From Amphiscolops sp. MND2022 (Eukaryota), in assembly GCA_964187785.1 (NCBI GenBank), contig OZ076414.1, forward strand, positions 72,354,001-72,418,000: 64,000 nucleotides of DNA. The letters run 5' to 3'. This document shows, piece by piece, positions 10,933 to 24,100 of the stretch (position 1 is the first letter of the stretch; every line of letters begins with the position of its first letter). A program made the position numbers and the translations under genes. The notes beneath the pieces are model-generated. The model was not told the origin of the DNA. It did no database searches and saw only the letters and a list, made by a program, of their open reading frames with translations.

Positions 10933-13900
10933 AAGAAACTTGAGCTTGAGTTGGTTGTAGGTCGAGGAAGGCCCCCTAGATTCGTGGACTCACCCCGCAA
11001 TGAGCCCAAGAGGCTGCCCGTTTTGGGGGTGAGACCCAAAACTACCTGTGCTACTGCCACTGCTGTTATCACTGCTGCTAATACCTCCTCACCTGCTACA
11101 CACAGTAATGTCCAAGTGAACACAAACCACTTAACTCCTCCTTCTGCCAATAATTCAGTGAGTAGTGAAAAAATAATCAGTGAATAATGATTTCCCTTCA
11201 ACATTTAAAGGACATGTAAATGAGATTCATAATGACTGTCTCCCAATTTTTAAGGCCAAGGAAAGTTTTTTCGGGGTTGCTTTGGACATTGTCTAGTTTC
11301 TTGTAAGAAAATCGTTTTGCTTGAAATTTTGAATTCCTGGCTTTCATCAAAGGTTTTTCAGGAAGTTAAGTATGCTTGAGAATGATTTGAGTGAAGCCGA
11401 TTTTAGTGTTTCGCTTTTATTGTTGAGAAAAAAATGGTCCGAAAATATGTTAATTTGTTGGGAATGTATTCGTTTTGCACTGAAAGTAATCGCCCGAATA
11501 TTGGAATTGAATTTTATAAAAATGAAAAATGGAAAGTCGTGACTTTTTATATTGAAAACAATTTCCGTGAGGTAAAAATCATTTGAAACATGATTACCTT
11601 TTCAAACAGTTTTACAATGATTTCTGTTGTGTATTTTAGTCCTACTTGGTGGTCCCAATAAATGCCTCTGCCTCCCAAAGCATCTCATCTCCCATGTACC
11701 AGTTGGTGACACCCACGTACTCAAACCCAGGAACCCCCCCTGTCGACAGAAACAACCTCCAAAATCAAGGTGCCAACGGCCTCAACCAACGCCAAATACC
11801 TGACAACAGTGTCCTTTATAAAGATAGATCATCGTCAATAGTCCAATCTCCAAGACGGGTCGAACCCTCGTTCAATCAAGTGAATAACAACACCTTACGT
11901 AATTGCGAATCGTCGTCAGTCAATGTAATCCAGAAACAGTCGTCAATATCCAATCAGAATCAAGCAGTTCCCTTCGCAAATCAGAATCGAGCAATCTTGT
12001 TGCCCAATCAGAATCAGGCTACGTCATCATTCAGTCAACATCTATTAAATTCAATGGCCAATCAGAATCAAGCAGTGCCAACGACCAATCAGAATCAAGC
12101 AGTGCCACCGACCAATCAGAATCAAGCAGTTCCGCCGACCAATCAGAATCATGTTATTGATCTGGTATCGGATGATGACGATGATTCCGAAACAAATTTA
12201 TCCAACTCTTCTAACCTGTCTTCTCAAAGATTTTTGCCGCAGAATAATTCGCATTTACTCCTCAATCCGAGCAACAATTACAGAAACGCTCTTGAAAAAC
12301 AGAAACAACAGCGGCGAAAACGGGGTAGAATAAACAACAGAGCCGATGTTTTGCTGCCTGTTACGACTGAAATTGAGAAGATGTCGAATTCGATAGAAGC
12401 TGCGATCCACGATCTGCCCCCAAAACTTCTGCTGAGTGCAAGTCCCACCGAAAGCAACAACAACCAGAACAACACAGGCAGCAGTCGGGGCATAACTCTG
12501 ATATGGAAGATGTCTGTGCCCAAGGCCACTAATTGCAGAATCAAGAAGTACGAGTTGATGGCTAATACAGGTAGGGGTTGGAAAATACATTACTTTTGTA
12601 TTCTAAGCTGTGGGTATAAAACAATTTACAATGGAAGCCGCCGGTTAAATGGGACACGCGTATAAGAGACAACGCTTAATTGGCACGCATACTATTTCGA
12701 TCCCCTCGCCTACCTGGCCGTATTTCGGTCAAATGTACTATTGATATAAGAGACAACGGATATAGTAGACAACAATATATGGGAGGTCCCGAGACGTCCC
12801 ATATAAGCGGCTTCCACTGTACTGAGAGAATCTCGTTTCTGATCAAACGTAGTTTACATAACCAAACATAAAATGACACAGCACAACTTTATATCGGTAA
12901 TTTACTATCGGTGTCTAAATAGGAAGGTATGCCTACAGTTGAAACTCGGTAGATGTCGATTTCGAATTTCACTGTCGTTAAATGACGGATGAATCGTATA
13001 ACAATTACATGAACTGATTCGAGAAGTATCTATAGGGTTGGCTTAAATACATGAAAAACTATATTACCGACGTTTAAAAAGTTAAAAGCGTTTAAAGCAT
13101 GTTTTAATCTTATTTCTTTCTTTTTGGTGCTAAAACTGACGATAATGTGAAAAGCAAATTCAACATTCAAAAGCTCTCAAACAAAAGCTAGTTTTTCATT
13201 TTTTTCGTGTTTCAATCGATTCCGTATCTCTGAATTGAAAAAGTGGCGGCAAAAGTTGGCTAGGAAAATTGCCGAAGTTGGTCTAAGAACGAAGAAAATG
13301 ATGATAATTATAATAATAATGACAATTATCTGTTGAATGTTACTAACAAAACAACGAACAATTTATAATAAACAAATTCAGCAGAAGCGACTTCCAGAGG
13401 CAAAAGCCCGTTCAATGGAAGCCTCAAAACAATCAAATAGAAAATGAGTCGTGTCTGATAGATTTTCTATAAAAAATGATTCATGAATTGGTTTCAAAAA
13501 TTATCAAGTGTCATTATTTGAGAAGCTTATCAGTGTTTTTTCAACCAAAAAAGCGAATTTCCCTGAGACGAAAATCAGAACGTACAGTCAGGATCTTGTA
13601 TAGTCATAAATCTTGATGTAAGAACTTAGCATGACTGTAATCGAACTATTCTCATATGCGAACTCGACAAACATTATAAGTTTTAAACGGACCCAGAAAG
13701 TAAATTCTTATAAACGGTTTATTCCTGTAAACGGGCGCACTATATGCGATCCTGACTGTAAATCTAGATTATGGTTTTGGAAATTTTTGAAAGTGATTGT
13801 TTCGTCTTATTTAGTCCTCAAAGAGTTGATTATTTGTTGCCATTTTTGTAATTAGGAGTCGGAGAAAAAATTGCTCCCGACGTTCCAATGAAAATTTCAA

Positions 13901-14612
13901 ATTTCCTAAAAACTGTCCATGCGGTTTTCATAAATCACAGAAAGAGCACAATCATTCTACATCATATTAAGGTCCTATGTGTGCAATGGCATCAAAATCG
14001 TATGACTGGGATGTGAGAAACGTACTCAAAATTAGTCCAAAATGACCAAATGACAAAGTAACCATTTTGTATTTCAATATTTTAATTGGTTTCCGACTCC
14101 GTTACCGCATATGCGGCTCTGATTTTCACCAATTAGTGGACTATAGGTGTAGTGTATCTATAATGAAAATTTCACCTGTTAGAAACAAGTAATCTAGCAA
14201 TTTTTTGATCTAAAGTAATTAGATTCCGCGGAGCACACCCCCCCCCCCAGCCCGCTTGAAGGAGCCTATCCTAAACAACTTACAAGCTCAAATTTTCACC
14301 ACCAAAAACACTGTTATAAGAAATATGGAACATATACTGTGTTTGTAAGAAGAATTACCAAATGAATTATTATTATTCCTGTTCCCAGGTTTGAATACCA
14401 ACAGTTCTGACGGCGGGAGCAGTAGTGGCTCCGGATGGGTGCTTGTAGACAGTATAGCCCCTCTAGTGCTTCCAATGCAGTGTAGCCTCACAAATCTCAA
14501 TCCCGGTGTCATCCATTTCGCCATTCGAGGTGTCGACGTGTTCAAACGCGCCGGAGATTACTCTAACGTAGTCACCGTGTCCAACCCCAAGCCAGTTGCT
14601 GCTACCAAATAG
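10933..14612 (+). CDS. ATF7IP: ATF7IP/MCAF/Windei-like gene, 3' exons: ~10933-11157, 11640-12570, 14389-14612
   Basis: The spliced C-terminus GITLIWKM...IKKYELMANTG|LNT...GWVLVDSIAPLVLPMQCSLTNLNPGVIHFAIRGVDVFKRAGDYS matches the ATF7IP C-terminal FN3 domain (GIVLSW...W..IGEVKALPLPMACTL...YYFAVRAKD..GR.G). Donors GTGAGT (11158) and GTAGGG (12571) and acceptors TTTTAG (11639) and CCCAG (14388) give consistent phases 0 and 1. The first acceptor (10932 or 10960) is uncertain and upstream exons were not found. Confidence 0.75.
12629..12819. mobile_element. Tc1/pogo-type MITE (~191 bp) in the ATF7IP-like intron
   Basis: TA|CAATGGAAGCCGCCGGTTAAATGGGAC ... GTCCCATATAAGCGGCTTCCACTG|TA: imperfect TIRs with TA flanks. 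Confidence 0.8.
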
Positions 14613-14821
14613 AATTACCTCTTTCTGCCCACTGTTATCGTCCTGGCAGAAAGATGCCATGATTTTGTTCATGATTATCTATTTATTAGTAGTATTTATA
14701 TCAACTTATTCCTCAGTATTTACCTCTTTTCGCGGCCTATAGTTTTTGTGAAATTGATGATTAGATTGTAAGTAGTCTACAAATTCCCGATACGGCTCAG
14801 AAAACCTTCAAATTTCGAGAA

Positions 14822-16411
14822 AATAGCCCTGAATTAGCAAAAATAGTTTGGTTTTGAGCTTCTAAAATCAGTGAAGAAAACCCGCTTTTTTAGAGAGCAG
14901 TTTTGTTCAAACCATAACAAAAAACTTGTCCTTTCCAAGGACGGAAATGTACATTGGAATAAAAGGTTTCCTCTATGTGAGAATATGAGTGTCTGAAAAT
15001 TGACCATGAGGAACTGTCAGTCTAAAATGTTCAATCCAAATAAATAGCCTTTATCTCTAGTGAATTTCTATCGAAAGTGAAGCAACAACGAACTTGAAGT
15101 TTCAAGAAGTTGGTAAGCAGCTAGCTTTCAAAACGGGGATTTTTATCAGATCAATTCAGGATTTGTAATTTCACTTCCAGGAAAAGGAACACACTGGGAT
15201 ATGCTTACAAATTAGTTTTATTCCGATTCATGAGTATGCCCTCCTCGATAATCCATTCTTAGTCAAAATCGAATCTGAAAATGGAAAGTGTATTTACCCT
15301 AAATCCTCAGTGTGCTTCTTACTGTGTTTAATTTCTACCTTCTTCCGACTAGAGAGAATATTTCGTGACTTTGTTTCAAAAATGCAGTTTTGAATTTGTA
15401 TTGTGTAAAGGTTCCTTTGGGTTTAGGAAAATTAGCTTTCAGTGATTCTTACTCAGTTGTGTTTAGGAGTTAGCTTGCGACTATGCCTTCCTAAACCTTT
15501 ACAAAAGTTGTCTCTAGGTCTTCCGAGTTCGCAGGAAGGACTTCGTTTCGAGAGAATTTAATTTTATGAAAAGAATTTGAATTAGTTTGAGTATTATATT
15601 CAACAATGTTCGTTTTTACACAATACGCAAGAATATAATACAAGCAGAACAATATGATCATCCAAACTGATACAAATATCCAATGAACAAAGTCAGAATT
15701 GTTTAACATTTACCAAATAAATACATCAATGGATTAAGGTAGCAATATTCAGGTAGGTCGTTTAAATACTATAAAAACTTGAATTTCGGAGTCCTTATAC
15801 GTCCAACAATTTGTTAGGACGAAGAGTATGGAATTTTTGGTGTGTTCAGACCTTGTAATGTCTCTTAGTTTTCTCAACAAAATAGTGAGATTTGTTAAGT
15901 CTTTTGACAACGGTGTGACAAGCTTGTCAGGAGTTTTAGCTTATAAGCTGAAGAGTTTAAATATTAGGTTTTAGCTTATATGACAAGCAATAGCTAAGTC
16001 GAAGACAAGTTTGTCTAACGTCAAGGCTTTGAAAGTCTTGCAAGTCCAAGTAAAGGTCTTATTAACCAGCGTTTAGCTAGGTTTTGTGTTTGGACAGGCT
16101 TGCCAAATGCTCGAACATAAGGTTCGGCACAGTACTTTAAGAGTTTAACTCATGTGACTAGCAGGGGCTAATTCGAAAAGAGAATTTAAGAGATTACGTG
16201 CATTTTAATTTCAACTTTAATTTAGTTATGTTAACTTTGACTAGGATTTGCTGACTCTTGACGCGATAACGTGCTTTGGAGATAAGATAAGTCTCAATCG
16301 AGAAGCTGGATTTTTGGAGCGTTTAGCTCAAGATAGAATTCCCTATGATTGCATAGGAGAATCTTGTTGGTTAACTTTCTGTTCAGTCGATTGACTGCGA
16401 AGTTTCTGTCA
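14822..16411 (-). repeat. Long LTR-like repeat, piece A
   Basis: Aligns with 33340..~35090. Its right ~680 bp (15733-16411) also appear, apparently identical, at 26082-26762. Confidence 0.9.
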
Positions 16412-18031
16412 GAGTTGTTGTTTGGCACACTGGAGTTGTTCTTTAACACGGCCGAGCTCGACTTTTGTGTCCTCTAGCTGGTCCTCTAGCTGTCGTCCTC
16501 TAGAATCGGCTGAAACCATAGAAAAATTTCAATCAATTCAAATAGGCGATTCATGAATCGCAACAGGAAGACGCAGGAAAACGCAGGAAGACGATGCATG
16601 AAAATTTGAAATAAAAAATACCTCTTGCGAGTTGTTCTTTAACACGGCCGAGCTCGGCTTTTGTGTCCTCTAGCTGTCGTCCTCTAGAATCGGCTGAAAC
16701 CATAGAAAAATTTCATTGGCTAGAAAGAACGGGTTTTTACTTAATTTAACCCAACAAAACGCAACAAGGAAGACGATGCGTGATATAATCTGAAATAAAA
16801 GTTACCAATGGCTTTCTGAGCCTCCAATTCCTTGAAGAGCTTCTCGACTGCTGTCTCTTCTTCAGTGGCTTCTTCAGTGGCTTCAGTGGCTTCTTCAGTG
16901 GCTTCAGTGGCTTCTTCAGTGGCTTCAGTGGCTTCTTCAGTGGCACCGTCTGCCATCTCATCTAAACATAGCCAAAGGTGGAAGGCTTTGAGCTGAACGA
17001 AAAAAGATTTTCTGCCAAAGTTCTCGAAACCCAGGTTGACGCACGCTGCAAAAGCGCAATAACGCCATAATAATATTATGCCTTATGAAAATGAGTTTTT
17101 CCACCATTTCTTGAAGCATATTCGAACGATATTCTATCAAACCGAAGGAATAGCTTAAGTAATAGCGATTAGTATTTACATACCTATGAAGTCTGCCTCA
17201 CATACGACTTTCCCCCGCCAGCAGTTTTCATTCTCCCAATAGTGGAAGGTGTCCCCCCCTTTAACACTTTCAGCCAATAAGCCGTTTTTGTACAGGGGGA
17301 TTTCGCGTGCAGGGGAGTCGTTGGGCACCCAGAGGTGCCTGAGGTTGGTCCAATGCCTCTCCCCAATGCTCGTGTTGTCTGTGGACCAGTGCCACTCGAT
17401 GAACACGAGCCAGTTCGTCGTCTTGTCATCCACCTGAACAGTTTTCATGCAACATGTAAACATATTTCGAACATTCTAACGGTTTGAAAACCAATTTATT
17501 ATATTACAAGTTTTCATGTGATTGCAGGAACCTAAACCCTCATCATTTTTTTCAGGAACCTAAATCCTCATCATTTTTTTCATATCATCAAGAACACCAC
17601 TCTATGTATATAAATGGCTGACACATAGTATTTTCCACCACACAAAAATGAACGACGACTATATATCATAATTTTTTATAAAAGAATCTAAATGCGAGGT
17701 TCTCAAATCCTCCTAACCTAGTGGTAAGTCTTAGTCCGGCTTAGTCCGTGGTTTGAGGTCCACTTGAGGTCCGTTTGATTCCGGATCAATTTTGTATGGT
17801 GGGGTCAAAATGTTTTCAGCTACATGTTGGTGGGGTCAAAAGGAAAGACCCGTAAAATCTTAAGTATAGCAAGTAACTCACCTCACGAATGAGCAAAAGG
17901 TCCGATAACTGGTGCTGGCATTTGGACTTCTTTCTGGAGGGACCTCTGACACTGTGGCCGCGGGCCACGCCGTGGATCTTGTTTTCGGGGATGGAGTGGA
18001 TGTCACCTCCGTTCAAAATTCGGGGAGCCAT
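16409..18031 (-). CDS. Predicted 5-exon gene (242 aa): Trp-rich SH3/Tudor-like domain, EATE acidic repeat, coiled coil. Exons 18031-17882, 17433-17184, 16961-16806, 16693-16622, 16509-16409
   Basis: All four introns are GT..AG (donors GTGAGT, GTATGT, GTAACT, GTATTT; acceptors TTCAG, TTTAG, TTCAG, TTCAG) with matching phases 0,1,1,1. Exon lengths 150+250+156+72+101 = 729 nt, stop-free until the TGA at 16411-16409. A possible acceptor at ~18070 means exon 1 may be internal. Confidence 0.7.
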
Positions 18032-18194
18032 GTAGAAATTGTCACGAATTAAGTTATTGTCACTTCTGGACTGAAGAAGAGCCAAGTTATTTTATTCGTA
18101 ATGAGCTACAGACTACTGAATAGAAAGATATATAGAAAGATACGAAGCACGTGCGTGTACAATTCCCGCAAAAATATCTACGTGAACTATTCAT

Positions 18195-21100
18195 AAAATA
18201 TACGTGAAATCATAAAAGCAAAAATAGACACGATAGATCGTGCGTGGGCTCCTAGTGTTTCGATTGCACGGCCTCTTGGGTCGCTGTCACAAAAACTGGC
18301 TTAGAGACAAATTTTTTTGATCGTTAAATATACGTGAAATCATAAAAGCAAAAATAGAAACGATAGATCGTGGGTGGGCTCCTAGTGTTTCGATTGCACG
18401 GCCTCTTGGGTCGCTGTCACAAAAACTGGCTTAGAGACAAATTTTTTTGATCGTTAAATATACGTGAAATCATAAAAGCAAAAATAGAAACGATAGATCG
18501 TGGGTGGGCTCCTAGTGTTTCGATTGCACGACCTCTTGGGTCGCTGTCACAAAAACTGGCTTAGAGACAAATTTTTTTGATCGTTAAATATACGTGAAAT
18601 CATAAAAGCAAAAATAGAAACGATAGATCGTGGGTGGGCTCCTAGTGTTTCGATTGCACGGCCTCTTGGGTCGCTGTCACAAAAACTGGCTTAGAGACAA
18701 ATTTTTTTGATCGTTAAATATACGTGAAATCATAAAAGCAAAAATAGAAACGATAGATCGTGGGTGGGCTCCTAGTGTTTCGATTGCACGACCTCTTGGG
18801 TCGCTGTCACAAAAACTGGCTTAGAGACAAATTTTTTTGATCGTTAAATATACGTGAAATCATAAAAGCAAAAATAGAAACGATAGATCGTGGGTGGGCT
18901 CCTAGTGTTTCGATTGCACGACCTCTTGGGTCGCTGTCACAAAAACTGGCTTAGAGACAAATTTTTTTGATCGTTAAATATACGTGAAATCATAAAAGCA
19001 AAAATAGAAACGATAGATCGTGGGTGGGCTCCTAGTGTTTCGATTGCACGGCCTCTTGGGTCGCTGTCACAAAAACTGGCTTAGAGACAAATTTTTTTGA
19101 TCGTTAAATATACGTGAAATCATAAAAGCAAAAATAGACACGATAGATCGTGCGTGGGCTCCTAGTGTTTCGATTGCACGGCCTCTTGGGTCGCTGTCAC
19201 AAAAACTGGCTTAGAGACAAATTTTTTTGATCGTTAAATATACGTGAAATCATAAAAGCAAAAATAGAAACGATAGATCGTGGGTGGGCTCCTAGTGTTT
19301 CGATTGCACGACCTCTTGGGTCGCTGTCACAAAAACTGGCTTAGAGACAAATTTTTTTTGATCGTTAAATATACGTGAAATCATAAAAGCAAAAATAGAA
19401 ACGATAGATCGTGGGTGGGCTCCTAGTGTTTCGATTGCACGACCTCTTGGGTCGCTGTCACCAAAACTGGCTTAGAGACAAATTTTTTTTTGATCGTAAA
19501 ATATACGTGAAATCATAAAAGCAAAAATAGAAACGATAGATCGTGGGTGGGCTCCTAGTGTTTCGATTGCACGGCCTCTTGGGTCGCTGTCACAAAAACT
19601 GGCTTAGAGACAAATTTTTTTGATCGTTAAATATACGTGAAATCATAAAAGCAAAAATAGAAACGATAGATCGTGGGTGGGCTCCTAGTGTTTCGATTGC
19701 ACGACCTCTTGGGTCGCTGTCACCAAAACTGGCTTAGAGACAAATTTTTTTTTGATCGTAAAATATACGTGAAATCATAAAAGCAAAAATAGAAACGATA
19801 GATCGTGGGTGGGCTCCTAGTGTTTCGATTGCACGGCCTCTTGGGTCGCTGTCACAAAAACTGGCTTAGAGACAAATTTTTTTGATCGTTAAATATACGT
19901 GAAATCATAAAAGCAAAAATAGAAACGATAGATCGTGGGTGGGCTCCTAGTGTTTCGATTGCACGACCTCTTGGGTCGCTGTCACCAAAACTGGCTTAGA
20001 GACAATTTTTTTTGATCGTAAAATATACGTGAAATCATAAAAGCAAAAATAGAAACGATAGATCGTGGGTGGGCTCCTAGTGTTTCGATTGCACGACCTC
20101 TTGGGTCGCTGTCACAAAAACTGGCTTAGAGACAAATTTTTTTGATCGTTAAATATACGTGAAATCATAAAAGCAAAAATAGAAACGATAGATCGTGGGT
20201 GGGCTCCTAGTGTTTCGATTGCACGACCTCTTGGGTCGCTGTCACCAAAACTGGCTTAGAGACAAATTTTTTTTTGATCGTAAAATATACGTGAAATCAT
20301 AAAAGCAAAAATAGAAACGATAGATCGTGGGTGGGCTCCTAGTGTTTCGATTGCACGACCTCTTGGGTCGCTGTCACAAAAACTGGCTTAGAGACAAATT
20401 TTTTTGATCGTTAAATATACGTGAAATCATAAAAGCAAAAATAGAAACGATAGATCGTGGGTGGGCTCCTAGTGTTTCGATTGCACGACCTCTTGGGTCG
20501 CTGTCACCAAAACTGGCTTAGAGACAAATTTTTTTTGATCGTAAAATATACGTGAAATCATAAAAGCAAAAATAGAAACGATAGATCGTGGGTGGGCTCC
20601 TAGTGTTTCGATTGCACGACCTCTTGGGTCGCTGTCACCAAAACTGGCTTAGAGACAAATTTTTTTTGATCGTAAAATATACGTGAAATCATAAAAGCAA
20701 AAATAGAAACGATAGATCGTGGGTGGGCTCCTAGTGTTTCGATTGCACGACCTCTTGGGTCGCTGTCACCAAAACTGGCTTAGAGACAAATTTTTTTTTG
20801 ATCGTAAAATATACGTGAAATCATAAAAGCAAAAATAGAAACGATAGATCGTGGGTGGGCTCCTAGTGTTTCGATTGCACGACCTCTTGGGTCGCTGTCA
20901 CAAAAACTGGCTTAGAGACAAATTTTTTTTGATCGTAAAATATACGTGAAATCATAAAAGCAAAAATAGAAACGATAGATCGTGGGTGGGCTCCTAGTGT
21001 TTCGATTGCACGACCTCTTGGGTCGCTGTCACAAAAACTGGCTTAGAGACAAATTTTTTTGATCGTAAAATATACGTGAAATCATAAAAGCAAAAATAGA

Positions 21101-24100
21101 AACGATAGATCGTGGGTGGGCTCCTAGTGTTTCGATTGCACGACCTCTTGGGTCGCTGTCACCAAAACTGGCTTAGAGACAATTTTTTTTTGATCGTAAA
21201 ATATACGTGAAATCATAAAAGCAAAAATAGAAACGATAGATCGTGGGTGGGCTCCTAGTGTTTCGATTGCACGACCTCTTGGGTCGCTGTCACAAAAACT
21301 GGCTTAGAGACAAATTTTTTTTTGATCGTAAAATATACGTGAAATCATAAAAGCAAAAATAGAAACGATAGATCGTGGGTGGGCTCCTAGTGTTTCGATT
21401 GCACGACCTCTTGGGTCGCTGTCACCAAAACTGGCTTAGAGACAAATTTTTTTGATCGTTAAATATACGTGAAATCATAAAAGCAAAAATAGAAACGATA
21501 GATCGTGGGTGGGCTCCTAGTGTTTCGATTGCACGACCTCTTGGGTCGCTGTCACAAAAACTGGCTTAGAGACAAATTTTTTTGATCGTTAAATATACGT
21601 GAAATCATAAAAGCAAAAATAGAAACGATAGATCGTGGGTGGGCTCCTAGTGTTTCGATTGCACGACCTCTTGGGTCGCTGTCACAAAAACTGGCTTAGA
21701 GACAAATTTTTTTGATCGTAAAATATACGTGAAATCATAAAAGCAAAAATAGAAACGATAGATCGTGGGTGGGCTCCTAGTGTTTCGATTGCACGACCTC
21801 TTGGGTCGCTGTCACCAAAACTGGCTTAGAGACAAATTTTTTTTTGATCGTAAAATATACGTGAAATCATAAAAGCAAAAATAGAAACGATAGATCGTGG
21901 GTGGGCTCCTAGTGTTTCGATTGCACGACCTCTTGGGTCGCTGTCACAAAAACTGGCTTAGAGACAAATTTTTTTGATCGTAAAATATACGTGAAATCAT
22001 AAAAGCAAAAATAGAAACGATAGATCGTGGGTGGGCTCCTAGTGTTTCGATTGCACGACCTCTTGGGTCGCTGTCACCAAAACTGGCTTAGAGACAAATT
22101 TTTTTTTGATCGTAAAATATACGTGAAATCATAAAAGCAAAAATAGAAACGATAGATCGTGGGTGGGCTCCTAGTGTTTCGATTGCACGACCTCTTGGGT
22201 CGCTGTCACAAAAACTGGCTTAGAGACAAATTTTTTTGATCGTAAAATATACGTGAAATCATAAAAGCAAAAATAGAAACGATAGATCGTGGGTGGGCTC
22301 CTAGTGTTTCGATTGCACGACCTCTTGGGTCGCTGTCACCAAAACTGGCTTAGAGACAAATTTTTTTTTGATCGTAAAATATACGTGAAATCATAAAAGC
22401 AAAAATAGAAACGATAGATCGTGGGTGGGCTCCTAGTGTTTCGATTGCACGACCTCTTGGGTCGCTGTCACAAAAACTGGCTTAGAGACAAATTTTTTTT
22501 TGATCGTAAAATATACGTGAAATCATAAAAGCAAAAATAGAAACGATAGATCGTGGGTGGGCTCCTAGTGTTTCGATTGCACGACCTCTTGGGTCGCTGT
22601 CACCAAAACTGGCTTAGAGACAAATTTTTTTGATCGTTAAATATACGTGAAATCATAAAAGCAAAAATAGAAACGATAGATCGTGGGTGGGCTCCTAGTG
22701 TTTCGATTGCACGACCTCTTGGGTCGCTGTCACAAAAACTGGCTTAGAGACAAATTTTTTTGATCGTTAAATATACGTGAAATCATAAAAGCAAAAATAG
22801 AAACGATAGATCGTGGGTGGGCTCCTAGTGTTTCGATTGCACGACCTCTTGGGTCGCTGTCACAAAAACTGGCTTAGAGACAAATTTTTTTGATCGTAAA
22901 ATATACGTGAAATCATAAAAGCAAAAATAGAAACGATAGATCGTGGGTGGGCTCCTAGTGTTTCGATTGCACGACCTCTTGGGTCGCTGTCACCAAAACT
23001 GGCTTAGAGACAAATTTTTTTTTGATCGTAAAATATACGTGAAATCATAAAAGCAAAAATAGAAACGATAGATCGTGGGTGGGCTCCTAGTGTTTCGATT
23101 GCACGACCTCTTGGGTCGCTGTCACCAAAACTGGCTTAGAGACAAATTTTTTTTGATCGTAAAATATACGTGAAATCATAAAAGCAAAAATAGAAACGAT
23201 AGATCGTGGGTGGGCTCCTAGTGTTTCGATTGCACGACCTCTTGGGTCGCTGTCACAAAAACTGGCTTAGAGACAAATTTTTTTTGATCGTAAAATATAC
23301 GTGAAATCATAAAAGCAAAAATAGAAACGATAGATCGTGGGTGGGCTCCTAGTGTTTCGATTGCACGACCTCTTGGGTCGCTGTCACCAAAACTGGCTTA
23401 GAGACAAATTTTTTTTTGATCGTAAAATATACGTGAAATCATAAAAGCAAAAATAGAAACGATAGATCGTGGGTGGGCTCCTAGTGTTTCGATTGCACGA
23501 CCTCTTGGGTCGCTGTCACCAAAACTGGCTTAGAGACAAATTTTTTTTTGATCGTAAAATATACGTGAAATCATAAAAGCAAAAATAGAAACGATAGATC
23601 GTGGGTGGGCTCCTAGTGTTTCGATTGCACGACCTCTTGGGTCGCTGTCACAAAAACTGGCTTAGAGACAAATTTTTTTTTGATCGTAAAATATACGTGA
23701 AATCATAAAAGCAAAAATAGAAACGATAGATCGTGGGTGGGCTCCTAGTGTTTCGATTGCACGACCTCTTGGGTCGCTGTCACCAAAACTGGCTTAGAGA
23801 CAAATTTTTTTTTGATCGTAAAATATACGTGAAATCATAAAAGCAAAAATAGAAACGATAGATCGTGGGTGGGCTCCTAGTGTTTCGATTGCACGACCTC
23901 TTGGGTCGCTGTCACAAAAACTGGCTTAGAGACAATTTTTTTTTGATCGTAAAATATACGTGAAATCATAAAAGCAAAAATAGAAACGATAGATCGTGGG
24001 TGGGCTCCTAGTGTTTCGATTGCACGACCTCTTGGGTCGCTGTCACAAAAACTGGCTTAGAGACAAATTTTTTTGATCGTAAAATATACGTGAAATCATA

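Noticed and set aside
12936-12974. Miniature hairpin resembling a MITE end (CAGTTGAAACTCG...CGAATTTCACTG)
   Set aside because: Too short, and TA is present on one side only.
15491-15709. Small TM-like ORF inside repeat piece A
   Set aside because: Disrupted in copy C and lies in AT-rich repeat DNA; no supporting evidence.
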